The translations under genes were made by a program, and so were the position numbers. DNA of 35,333 bases from a virus (lineage: Duplodnaviria > Caudoviricetes): positions 1 through 35,333 of IMG/VR virus record IMGVR_UViG_3300020043_001919; one strand, written 5' to 3'. The notes below the pieces were generated by a model. The model did not search any database and had not been told where the DNA came from. It saw only the letters and a program-made list of their open reading frames with translations. Positions 9,261 to 17,649 of this stretch are shown piece by piece. Position 1 is the stretch's first letter. Each line of letters opens with the position of its first letter.

Positions 9261-9294
9261 TACCGACTAGCCGGATAGCTAGGAAGATAGGAGG
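9261..9294 (+). promoter_or_regulatory. Structured 5' leader of scaffold gene (hairpin, possible pseudoknot) plus RBS
   Basis: CTAGC-CGGATA-GCTAG stem-loop (9267-9282); upstream CCG can pair with loop CGG; AGGAGG at 9289-9294. Confidence 0.45.
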
Positions 9295-9298
9295 TCGC

Positions 9299-10081
9299 GT
9301 GAGCGACGAGGATCTCGCTACAGCGGAGATAAGCACCGCGCCAGAGTTGGAAGCTACGGTGGCCCCAACGACTGAGGAAAATAAACCGGAAGAACAGCCG
9401 CCCGAAAAGATGTTCACTCAGAAAGAGTTGGACGCTCTGATCGACAAGCGGTTTCGCAAAGAGAAGCTTAATGCAGCTAAGGCAGCTCAAGAGTTAGCCG
9501 AGCTTCAGGCGAAGTTACAGGCTCAGTCTGCAACCCCGCCCGCGCCAGATGATTTTGAGAACGCGCAAGCCTATGCGGAAGCATTGGCCGAGCAAAAAGC
9601 TCAACAGATTCTAGCGCGTAAAGAAGCAGAGCGACAACAATCGGCTGTTCTTGAGGCATATCAAGACCGAGAGGAAGATGCTCGGAGTCGATACGATGAC
9701 TTTGAACAAGTCGCGTATAACCCAAATCTTCCTGTAACGGACTATATGGCTCAAGCGATACAGGCTTCGGATATTGGCCCCGACGTGATTTATCACTTAG
9801 GTTCCAACCCAAAAGAAGCACATCGTATAGCTAATTTACCGCCGATCTTGCAGGCTAAAGAGATTGGTCGGATCGAAGCTAAATTAGCGGCTGATCCTCC
9901 AGCGAAACGCACTTCAACTGCGCCAGCTCCTCTTGCTCCTGTCACGGCTACTCGGTCAAGCTCCGGCCCTAGATATGACACGACTGACCCACGGGCTACA
10001 AAGTCGATGTCAACGTCAGAATGGATTGAAGCCGAACGGTTGCGACAGATCAAGAAGTGGGAAGCGCAAAACCGTAGGTAA
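9299..10081 (+). CDS. Scaffolding protein (P22 gp8-like)
   Basis: GTG start with AGGAGG; acidic N-terminus, FTQKELD, coiled coil, C-terminal MSTSEWI..ER helix; immediately upstream of coat. Confidence 0.85.
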   Translation: MSDEDLATAEISTAPELEATVAPTTEENKPEEQPPEKMFTQKELDALIDKRFRKEKLNAAKAAQELAELQAKLQAQSATPPAPDDFENAQAYAEALAEQKAQQILARKEAERQQSAVLEAYQDREEDARSRYDDFEQVAYNPNLPVTDYMAQAIQASDIGPDVIYHLGSNPKEAHRIANLPPILQAKEIGRIEAKLAADPPAKRTSTAPAPLAPVTATRSSSGPRYDTTDPRATKSMSTSEWIEAERLRQIKKWEAQNRR

Positions 10082-10087
10082 TAGGTT

Positions 10088-11284
10088 ATGTCAAACTCAA
10101 TTTTAACAATTGACATGATCACAAGGAAGGCGCTCGAAATCCTCGAGAACTCCCTTGTGCTCACCCGCACTGTAAACCGTCAGTATGACGACTCTTTCGC
10201 TGTAGAAGGCGCTAAGATCGGCTCAACGCTCCGCATCCGTCTTCCTGACCGCGCTTTGGTCACGGACGGCGCTGCCCTTCAGGTTCAGGACGACAACGAG
10301 CAATACACCACGCTCACTGTTTCCAGCCAGAAGCACATCGGCGTGAACTTCACGACCGCCGAACTCACGATGCAGTTGGACGACTTCGCTGAACGTGTTC
10401 TGAAGCCTCGTATTTCGCAGCTCGCGTCTTCTATCGACGCCGACGTTGCAAACAGCTTCAAATACATCGGCAACTCGGTCGGCACCCCAGGCACCACGCC
10501 TGCTACGTCGCTCGTTCTGTTGCAAGCTCAACAGAAGCTCAACGAGAACGCTGCGGTTATGAGCCCACGTTATGCCACTGTTAACCCAGCCGCTAACGCT
10601 GCGTTGATTGAAGGCATGAAAGGTCTGTTCAATCCTGTTTCGGCTATCTCGAAGCAGTTCAAGAACGGCATGTTTGGTGAAGGCATCCTCGGCTACGACG
10701 AGCTGAATATGTCTCAGTCAATCAAGCAGTTCACGACCGGCTCACGCACAGGCACCGTAACGGTTAGCTCTTCAGTCACGACCGAAGGTTCGACGACTGT
10801 TGTTCTGACGGGTCTTACGACCACGACGATCAAAGCTGGCGACGTGTTCACCATCGCTGACGTGTATGCTGTCAACCCACAGACCCGTGAGTCAACCGGC
10901 TCGTTGTATCAGTTCGTTGCTCTCGCTGACGTTACGGCGTCAACGACCGCTTCAGTCACTGTTCCTGCGATGTATTCGGCTTCTCAGGCTCTTGCTACGG
11001 TCGATGCTCTGCCAGTATCTGGCAAAGCGGTCACGTTCCTCGGCGCTGCTTCTACGCAGTATCCGCAGAACCTCATCTACCATCGTGACGCGATCACCTT
11101 CGCCACCGCCGACCTTCTGCTTCCGCAGGGCGTCGATATGGCAAGCCGTCAGGTTCACAATGGCATCAGCCTCCGCGTTGTTCGTCAGTATGACATCAAC
11201 AACGACCGTTTGCCTTGCCGTATTGACGTGCTCTATGGCTACAGCGTGATTCGTCCGCAGATGGCCGTTCGCCTTTGGGGCTAA
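10088..11284 (+). CDS. Major capsid protein (P22 gp5 coat-like)
   Basis: 398 aa; MSNSILTIDMITRKAL...KIGSTLRIRLP...KAGDVFTIA...RIDVLYG motifs; biased codon usage; double stop then terminator. Confidence 0.93.
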   Translation: MSNSILTIDMITRKALEILENSLVLTRTVNRQYDDSFAVEGAKIGSTLRIRLPDRALVTDGAALQVQDDNEQYTTLTVSSQKHIGVNFTTAELTMQLDDFAERVLKPRISQLASSIDADVANSFKYIGNSVGTPGTTPATSLVLLQAQQKLNENAAVMSPRYATVNPAANAALIEGMKGLFNPVSAISKQFKNGMFGEGILGYDELNMSQSIKQFTTGSRTGTVTVSSSVTTEGSTTVVLTGLTTTTIKAGDVFTIADVYAVNPQTRESTGSLYQFVALADVTASTTASVTVPAMYSASQALATVDALPVSGKAVTFLGAASTQYPQNLIYHRDAITFATADLLLPQGVDMASRQVHNGISLRVVRQYDINNDRLPCRIDVLYGYSVIRPQMAVRLWG

Positions 11285-11289
11285 TAAGC

Positions 11290-11316
11290 GATGGGCCTTC
11301 GGGCCCGTCCTTTTCT
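11290..11316 (+). terminator. Rho-independent terminator after coat gene
   Basis: GATGGGCC-TTCG-GGCCCGTC stem with UUCG tetraloop followed by CTTTTCT. Confidence 0.8.
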
Positions 11317-11338
11317 CATCATTCTTGGAGTTTAACCC

Positions 11339-11818
11339 ATGACAACTACTCAGAACGCGGCTTATCCGCTTGAGACGTTTGGCCCTTACAGCGCCATTCC
11401 AAATGGCGATGGCGGCTATCAAGTCGGCACAGGTAATCTTACTGAGCCTCTTTTCTTCCCGCAGCCTGCCCCTGACGCGCTCACCGGCGCTACGGTAACG
11501 GTTACGGTTGGCAATCTTGCCAACGGTGTTGTGACGATGGATTCTGGCGGCACAGACGCTGGCACCTATACGTTCCCGACAGGCGCGTTGATTGACGCGG
11601 CTTTCCCAAGCCTTAAAGTCAACTCAGCTTTCGACGTTAGCTTTATCAACATTGGCGACAATGCTGCTAATGACGTGACGTTCGGCGCTGGCGCTGGAAA
11701 CACCATTGTTGGCAATGCAGTTGTTCAAGACGGCGCTACAACGACCGCTAACACGTCGGCTGTTTTCCGCTTCCGTAAAACCGGCGCGTCTGCGTTCACC
11801 ATCTACCGCATCTCGTAA
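11339..11818 (+). CDS. Putative head decoration/minor capsid protein
   Basis: GGAG RBS; directly after coat; T/G/A-rich beta-type sequence; function from synteny only. Confidence 0.65.
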   Translation: MTTTQNAAYPLETFGPYSAIPNGDGGYQVGTGNLTEPLFFPQPAPDALTGATVTVTVGNLANGVVTMDSGGTDAGTYTFPTGALIDAAFPSLKVNSAFDVSFINIGDNAANDVTFGAGAGNTIVGNAVVQDGATTTANTSAVFRFRKTGASAFTIYRIS

Positions 11819-11825
11819 TATAGGC

Positions 11826-11854
11826 GGCGGCTCTAGAAGCCGCCCCTTCTCTTT
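11826..11854 (+). terminator. Putative weak terminator
   Basis: GGCGGCT-CTAGA-AGCCGCC followed by CCTTCTCTTT. Confidence 0.55.
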
Positions 11855-11866
11855 AGGAGAATAAAA

Positions 11867-12139
11867 ATGCCTAACACCAAAGCGGTTGGTGTCGCTTTCT
11901 CTGATCCTGAACTCAGCGGCGCGTCTATCACCAACTCGACGTTTACTTCGTCAGCTACGACGGGCGCTGTCATCGCCAACGCGACGGCGGGTCTTTACTT
12001 TCTGACGAGCGCCATTACGGCTAACTCGACCACGACATCGGCTCCTGCGGGTTCGATTGCTACAACGACGAACGCAACTGGCACCGGCAAATTGTTCGTG
12101 TCTGATGGCACCAAATGGCAATTTGCGGTAGTTGCCTAA
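11867..12139 (+). CDS. Hypothetical virion protein
   Basis: AGGAGA RBS; MPNTKAVGVAFSDP...GKLFVSDGTKWQ. Confidence 0.75.
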   Translation: MPNTKAVGVAFSDPELSGASITNSTFTSSATTGAVIANATAGLYFLTSAITANSTTTSAPAGSIATTTNATGTGKLFVSDGTKWQFAVVA

Positions 12140-12140
12140 T

Positions 12141-12170
12141 ATATAGCGGCCTACGGGCCGCTGTATTTTT
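12141..12170 (+). terminator. Rho-independent terminator
   Basis: ATATAGCGGCC-TACG-GGCCGCTGTAT stem with UACG tetraloop and T run. Confidence 0.8.
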
Positions 12171-12184
12171 ATAGAAAGTAACAA

Positions 12185-12388
12185 ATGGCTGTTATTTATT
12201 TGAAACACCCCGAACATGGGGTTAAAGTGGCGTGTCTCGACCTAGAGGCCGAAGCCGACGAAGAGAACGGCTGGGAGAGGTTCGATCCAGATGACGACAT
12301 ACAGTGCATACGACCAGATTTGCGGAGCACTGAGGCTCCTCGGAGTGTTAGCAGAAGGCGAAACGCCCTCAGTAGAGACAGCGAATGA
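12185..12388 (+). CDS. Small hypothetical protein, 3' half overprinted on gp4-like gene
   Basis: MAVIYLKHPEHGVKVA...E.DE.NGWERF looks protein-like; fills the gap after the terminator. Confidence 0.7.
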   Translation: MAVIYLKHPEHGVKVACLDLEAEADEENGWERFDPDDDIQCIRPDLRSTEAPRSVSRRRNALSRDSE

Positions 12389-13007
12389 CGCGCTCTATGC
12401 GCTGAATCAAATGATTGACAGTTGGGATACCGAACGGCTTGCGGTGTTCTCAACTCAGGATCAAGTGTTTAGCTGGCCGTCAGGCGAGCGCACGCGCACG
12501 CTAGGCCCAACCGGCGACTTTGTGGGAGAGCGCCCTGTGTTGCTGGATGACGCGACTTACTTCCGCGATCCACAGACCAACGTGTCCTACGGCATTAAAT
12601 TCATCAATCAGCAACAGTATGACGGCATTGCGGTCAAGACCGTAACGTCTACTTATCCACAGGTCATGTTTACGAACATGACTTATCCTAATATCGAGAT
12701 GGTCATCTATCCAGTCCCTTTAAGACTATTAGAATGGCATTTCATTTCCGTTGAGCGACTGACGCAGCCTGCGACGCTGGCGACGGCAATTCTTTTCCCG
12801 CCTGGATATTTGCGGGCGTTTCGCTACAATCTGGCTTGCGAGTTGGCTCCTGAATTTGGCGTTGAGCCATCGCCTACAGTCAGCCGCATCGCTATGTATA
12901 GCAAGCGCGATCTGAAGCGCATCAATAACCCTGACGACATCATGGCTCTGCCTTACAGCATCGTCGGCACACGTCAGCGCTATAACATCTATGCGGGCAA
13001 CTACTGA
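12291..13007 (+). CDS. Head-tail adaptor (P22 gp4-like)
   Basis: DQI.GALRLLGVLAEGETPS...ALN.MIDSW and YNLACELAPEFG resemble gp4-family helices; directly precedes the gp10-like gene. Confidence 0.78.
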   Translation: MTTYSAYDQICGALRLLGVLAEGETPSVETANDALYALNQMIDSWDTERLAVFSTQDQVFSWPSGERTRTLGPTGDFVGERPVLLDDATYFRDPQTNVSYGIKFINQQQYDGIAVKTVTSTYPQVMFTNMTYPNIEMVIYPVPLRLLEWHFISVERLTQPATLATAILFPPGYLRAFRYNLACELAPEFGVEPSPTVSRIAMYSKRDLKRINNPDDIMALPYSIVGTRQRYNIYAGNY

Positions 13008-14785
13008 TGAAGACGCCGATACTTGGCAGCTCGTATGTAACTAGAAGCCCCAACGCGGCTGACAGCCGCATGGTTAATCTCTTTCCAGAGGTCATACCCG
13101 AAGGCGGCAAAGAGGCTGCTTGGTTACAGCGTGCGCCAGGACTGCGCTTTCTTCAGACATTAGGCGCAGGGCCAGTCCGTGGGCTTTGGACGTTTACAAG
13201 CGACACAATAGATCCGGCTCCTGGCGAGTCAGCGACAACATCTTATGGATACGCGGTATCGGCAACAACTCTATACCGCATTGATGCTGACTGGAATTAT
13301 ACCGCGCTTGGCACAGTTGCAGGCACTGGACAAGTTAATATGACCGATAACGGGCGGCAAATGTTTATCGCCGCCGGAACAAACGGTTATATATACAATA
13401 GCACGTATAAAGAACTTCCGTTTAACACGACAAACACAAGCACGACTGTATCGGGCGGCGATACGACATATCTCTACCCAGGACAGCCTGTGTCAGGCAC
13501 AGGCATCCCTACGGGCGCAACAGTCGCCAGTGTTACCAATGCAACAACTTTTGTATTGTCTGCCGCCGCGACCGCGACCAATACTGGCGTTACATTAACA
13601 TTTACGCCTTTTCTGACTCAACTTGCGGCTCCTTTTGCAGGCGCTGTCGGTTGCGGCTTTTTGGACGGTTGGTTTGTGTATAACCAGCCAGATAGCCAGA
13701 TCTTTTGGGTTTTAGATTCTACAACTACGACGGTCGATCCGCTCTACTTTGCCAGCGCTGAAGGTTCACCCGACAATCTTGTCACGCTGATTGTAGACCA
13801 CCGCGAAGTCTGGTTATTTGGCACTAACTCAGTCGAAGTCTGGTATGACGCCGGTCTGCCAGATTTTCCATTAGCGCGTATCCAAGGCGCGTTTAACGAA
13901 ATAGGCTGTCTTGCTGCTTATTCAGTAGCCAAGCTCGACAACGGCTTATTCTGGCTTGGCGCTGACGCTCGCGGTAATGGTATCGTCTACCGCTCAAAAG
14001 GTTACTCAGGCGAGCGCGTTTCAACCCATGCGGTTGAATGGCAGATCCAGCAATATTCAACATTATCCGACGCCGTGGGCTACACGTATCAACAGGACGG
14101 CCATAGCTTCTACGTTCTGAACTTCCCTAACGCTAACACGACATGGGTTTATGACGTGGCTACCGGCGCATGGCATGAGCGCGCTGGTTGGGAAAACAAC
14201 GACTTTACCCGCACACGCGGTAATTGTCAGATGAACTTTAACAACGAGATCGTCATCGGCGATTACCGCACAGGCGAGATCTTTGCTTACGATCCAACTG
14301 TCTATTCAGAGGCTGGCACCACGCAAAAATGGCTACGCTCATGGCGTGCTCTGCCTACGGGCCAGAACGATTTAAATCGCACAGCGCAACATAGTCTTCA
14401 GCTTGATTGTCAGGCCGGTGTCGGCCTTTCGGGTTATAGCCAAGAGGAAGTCAATGCTATTATTTATATTTATGACCGCAATAATGATTTCATTCTTGAC
14501 CGCTTTGGGTCTACTTTAAAGATACGTGATTACGCTGAATATGTCATTACGATTGGTGCAGACCCACAAGTCATGCTGCGTTGGTCTGATGACGGTGGTC
14601 ATACGTGGTCTAATGAACACTGGAAATCTATGGGTAAAATTGGTCAGACAGGCTACCGCACGATCTGGCGGCGGCTCGGCATGACGCAAAAGCTCCGCGA
14701 TAGAGTGTATGAGGTATCGGGCACTGATCCTGTTCAGATCGCCATTATGGGCGCTGAACTGCATGTGAGTCCGACCAATGCCTAA
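13007..14785 (+). CDS. Tail hub / packaged-DNA stabilisation protein (P22 gp10-like)
   Basis: VNLFPE, FASAEGSPD, LFGTNSVEVW, YQQDGHSFYVL, WVYD.ATG.WHER, SDDGGHTW, WRRLG motifs. Confidence 0.9.
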   Translation: MKTPILGSSYVTRSPNAADSRMVNLFPEVIPEGGKEAAWLQRAPGLRFLQTLGAGPVRGLWTFTSDTIDPAPGESATTSYGYAVSATTLYRIDADWNYTALGTVAGTGQVNMTDNGRQMFIAAGTNGYIYNSTYKELPFNTTNTSTTVSGGDTTYLYPGQPVSGTGIPTGATVASVTNATTFVLSAAATATNTGVTLTFTPFLTQLAAPFAGAVGCGFLDGWFVYNQPDSQIFWVLDSTTTTVDPLYFASAEGSPDNLVTLIVDHREVWLFGTNSVEVWYDAGLPDFPLARIQGAFNEIGCLAAYSVAKLDNGLFWLGADARGNGIVYRSKGYSGERVSTHAVEWQIQQYSTLSDAVGYTYQQDGHSFYVLNFPNANTTWVYDVATGAWHERAGWENNDFTRTRGNCQMNFNNEIVIGDYRTGEIFAYDPTVYSEAGTTQKWLRSWRALPTGQNDLNRTAQHSLQLDCQAGVGLSGYSQEEVNAIIYIYDRNNDFILDRFGSTLKIRDYAEYVITIGADPQVMLRWSDDGGHTWSNEHWKSMGKIGQTGYRTIWRRLGMTQKLRDRVYEVSGTDPVQIAIMGAELHVSPTNA

Positions 14786-15386
14786 TCTGGTCGATAACAA
14801 TACACAGATCCCCGCAGCTCGCGTTAAGATGAACGATGACAATACGGGATTCGTCAACCGCCCGTGGTATCGTTGGTTTTTTAATACTTATCAAGCGCTT
14901 GAAGCTGGACGGCGGTATGGATCGTTTTATAGCACAACGGTGTTTACGCCTGCGGCGACCAACACCGCTTATGCGCTAACATTTAATAATACATACACAC
15001 ACGCTGATGGGTCAGACTTAACGTATGGAGTTTACATCGGCACACCAACGTCGCGTATTTATGTAGACAATACAGCTACATACAACTTTCAATTTTCAGC
15101 GCAAATACAACAAACCGGCGGCGGCACAAAAAGAGTTTATATCTGGCCGCGCATAAATGGTGTGAATGTTGATGATTCTGCTACTGAATTAACACTTACA
15201 GGCGGATCTAACGACGCCGCTGTTGCAGCGTGGAATTTTGTGCTAAACCTTCAGACAGGCGATTATTTTGAGCTAATCTATTCGACTAGCAACACAAATA
15301 TTACTTTTCCTTATGTAGCTGCTTCTAGTCCAGTTCCCGCTATTCCTTCGGTCATCCTGACCGTTACAAGTTGTGTAGGTGTCTAA
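14778..15386 (+). CDS. Tail protein, candidate needle with beta-sandwich knob
   Basis: Occupies the gp26 position after gp10; short helical N-part then a C1q/TNF-like strand pattern (YNFQFSAQI...GDYFELIY). Confidence 0.55.
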   Translation: MPNLVDNNTQIPAARVKMNDDNTGFVNRPWYRWFFNTYQALEAGRRYGSFYSTTVFTPAATNTAYALTFNNTYTHADGSDLTYGVYIGTPTSRIYVDNTATYNFQFSAQIQQTGGGTKRVYIWPRINGVNVDDSATELTLTGGSNDAAVAAWNFVLNLQTGDYFELIYSTSNTNITFPYVAASSPVPAIPSVILTVTSCVGV

Positions 15387-16586
15387 ATGGCCGTTGTAAC
15401 GCCCACCGCTAAAGCTCAATTTATTGACGCCGCTGGCATACCGCTGGCAGGCGGGTTTCTTTATACTTATGAAGCTGGCACGACCACGCCGCAGGCGACC
15501 TATACGGATTCGACCGCAGCGACGGCGAACAGCAATCCAATCATATTAGATTCGCGCGGAGAAGCTAATATCTGGCTGTCGTCAGCCAATTATAAGTTCA
15601 AGCTAACCGACGCTAACGGCACTGAGATTTGGACGGTTGATAATATTGCCGCGCCATCTACGGCTCTGTCGCCGGTCTTTTCCAGTAACGTCACCATCTC
15701 CGCTAACACCTCCGGCCCTGCGCTTCTCGTTACGCAAACAGGCGCAGGCGCGGCTATCCGCGTTCAAGATTCAGCCGATCCTGACGCATCACCATTTGTC
15801 GTTGACACGACAGGTCAAGTAGGTATCGGCACCGCAACTCCAGCTAATGCTATTGACGTAGCTGGCGGCGCTATCCAGATCTCAACATCCGGCGGCACAG
15901 CCCGCACGGTCATGTCGGCGGACTCTACGGATTCTATATTCTCGGTCAATGACGACCGTAACTTTACGGTCAAGACTAACGCGGCGACACGTCTGACAAT
16001 CAATTCAACAGACGCCACGTCTACAGTTCCTGTTGTATTGCCTACCAATCCGACAACAGCGCTTCAGGCCGCGACTAAAGCCTACGTCGATTTAGGTTCG
16101 CCTGCGGGTATTATTGCTCCTTTTGCGGGCACATCAGCGCCTTCTGGTTGGTTGGCCTGTGACGGCTCGGCGGTATCGCAAACAACTTACGCAACACTTT
16201 ACGCTGCGATAGGCGCAACTTGGAACACGGGCGGCGAAGGTGCAGGTAACTTTAGACTGCCAGATCTTCGCGGTATGTTTTTACGCGGCACAGGCACTAA
16301 TGCTACTGGTTCGTCTAGCGGTGCGGTAGGCCCGTCAGTTGGCACATATGCAGCAGATACATATCTAAACCACAGCCACGCTGTTACCGACCCAGGCCAT
16401 AGCCACACTTATAGTATTTGGAGCTATAAACGTCTTGGTGACGGTAGTGGCGGCGACTATTGGAATGGCGGCACGTCAACGTCTACAAGTTCTCAGACAA
16501 CTGGCCTAACAGTCAATACATCCACGACCGGCGGCACGGAAACAAAGCCAAAGAACTATGGCGTGCTATACATCATCAAGACCTAG
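15387..16586 (+). CDS. Tail fibre with N-terminal virion-binding domain and tail-collar domain
   Basis: N-term G.PLAGG.LYTY.AGTTTP...NPIILD.RGEA; collar motif PAGII.PFAG..APSGWL.CDG....TY..LYAAIG...FRLPDLRG.FLRG; HSH...HSH tip motifs; ETKPKN...YIIK end. Confidence 0.88.
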   Translation: MAVVTPTAKAQFIDAAGIPLAGGFLYTYEAGTTTPQATYTDSTAATANSNPIILDSRGEANIWLSSANYKFKLTDANGTEIWTVDNIAAPSTALSPVFSSNVTISANTSGPALLVTQTGAGAAIRVQDSADPDASPFVVDTTGQVGIGTATPANAIDVAGGAIQISTSGGTARTVMSADSTDSIFSVNDDRNFTVKTNAATRLTINSTDATSTVPVVLPTNPTTALQAATKAYVDLGSPAGIIAPFAGTSAPSGWLACDGSAVSQTTYATLYAAIGATWNTGGEGAGNFRLPDLRGMFLRGTGTNATGSSSGAVGPSVGTYAADTYLNHSHAVTDPGHSHTYSIWSYKRLGDGSGGDYWNGGTSTSTSSQTTGLTVNTSTTGGTETKPKNYGVLYIIKT

Positions 16587-16603
16587 TATTATAGTGAGGC
16601 ATT

Positions 16604-17647
16604 ATGGATCCGTTCACACTAGCCCTTTTAGGAAGCACCGCAGCAAGCGCGCTCAGTAGTGGGGCGGGCTACGCGGCTTCACAACGTGCGGCTGGCACAC
16701 AGGCCCAGGCCGCTCAGACGGGTGGCATGTTGGGCTACATCGCTCAACAGCAAGCGCTTGAACAAGCGCGTCAAATGGCTGAGAAAGGTGCGGGAGCTGC
16801 GGCTGACTACTATGGTAAGGGCCGCGCAGATCTTCTAGAACAAGGCCGTGCAGGTGAAGCTACGGCCCGTGAGTTTTACGGTAAAGGCGTAGCGGCTCAA
16901 GAGCCTTATACAACCGCAGGTGCAGGCGCGACAAACCAACTTGCACAACTTTACGGCGTAGGCGGCGACTACACCCGTATGCCGACGCTTGAAGAACTTC
17001 AAATGGATCCTGGCTATGCGTTTCGCACCAAGATGGGCGAACAGGCCATGCTCAACATGGCGCGTGCAGGCGGCACAGCGGGTTCAGGTGGCGCATTAAA
17101 AGCTAGTATTCGTTACGGTCAAGAAGCTGGCAGTCAAGAATACCAGAACGCATACGCGCGATTTATGGAGAACCGTCTTAGGGCTACGCAAGGGCTTCAG
17201 AATCTGGCAGGCACTGGCGCAGGCGCAGCGGGAACAGTATCGCAGCTCGCTGGCACAATGGGTGGTCAACTGTCCGGCAATCAGTTTGGCCTTGGCGCTA
17301 ACCTCGGCACGATGGCGTCCAACACCGGCAACACGATTGCTGGTCTTTACGGTGGGCTTGCAAGCCCTCAAATGACGGCTTTAGCAGCGGCTAATCCTTA
17401 TGCGTCGGCTATTGAAAACGTAGGCCAAGCTCGCGCGTCAGGTTACATGGGCGGCGCGTCAGCGCTTCAGAGCGCACTACAGACGCCCGTCAATGCTATG
17501 ATGGCATATGGCATGGCGGATCGTTTTGCTCCTCAGAACAGAACATCTACATACGCTAACCAAGCCGGCTATCTAAACGGTATGCCATCTTATGCCGCTG
17601 GGTTTAGCCCTGGTTTTCAAGGTGCGCCAACAGCCTATAGGTATTAA
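16604..17647 (+). CDS. DNA ejection protein (gp7-like)
   Basis: Ala/Gly/Gln-rich, hydrophobic N-terminus, DPGY.FR...G...L...A.AGG...SGGALKA..RYGQ..SQEY motif; first of three genes after the tail. Confidence 0.75.
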   Translation: MDPFTLALLGSTAASALSSGAGYAASQRAAGTQAQAAQTGGMLGYIAQQQALEQARQMAEKGAGAAADYYGKGRADLLEQGRAGEATAREFYGKGVAAQEPYTTAGAGATNQLAQLYGVGGDYTRMPTLEELQMDPGYAFRTKMGEQAMLNMARAGGTAGSGGALKASIRYGQEAGSQEYQNAYARFMENRLRATQGLQNLAGTGAGAAGTVSQLAGTMGGQLSGNQFGLGANLGTMASNTGNTIAGLYGGLASPQMTALAAANPYASAIENVGQARASGYMGGASALQSALQTPVNAMMAYGMADRFAPQNRTSTYANQAGYLNGMPSYAAGFSPGFQGAPTAYRY

Positions 17648-17649
17648 TT

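Noticed and set aside
11270-11339. Read-through or frameshift extension of the coat protein
   Set aside because: Tandem TAA TAA followed by a terminator; no convincing slippery heptamer
12653-12661. Perfect DnaA box TTATCCACA inside the gp4-like gene
   Set aside because: Isolated, inside conserved TYPQ codons; one such match in 35 kb is plausible by chance (the same caution applies to the promoter box, which is kept because of its position)
5234-16586. Diversity-generating retroelement or invertase shufflon acting on fibres
   Set aside because: No reverse transcriptase or recombinase gene and no near-identical TR/VR pair or inverted cassette seen
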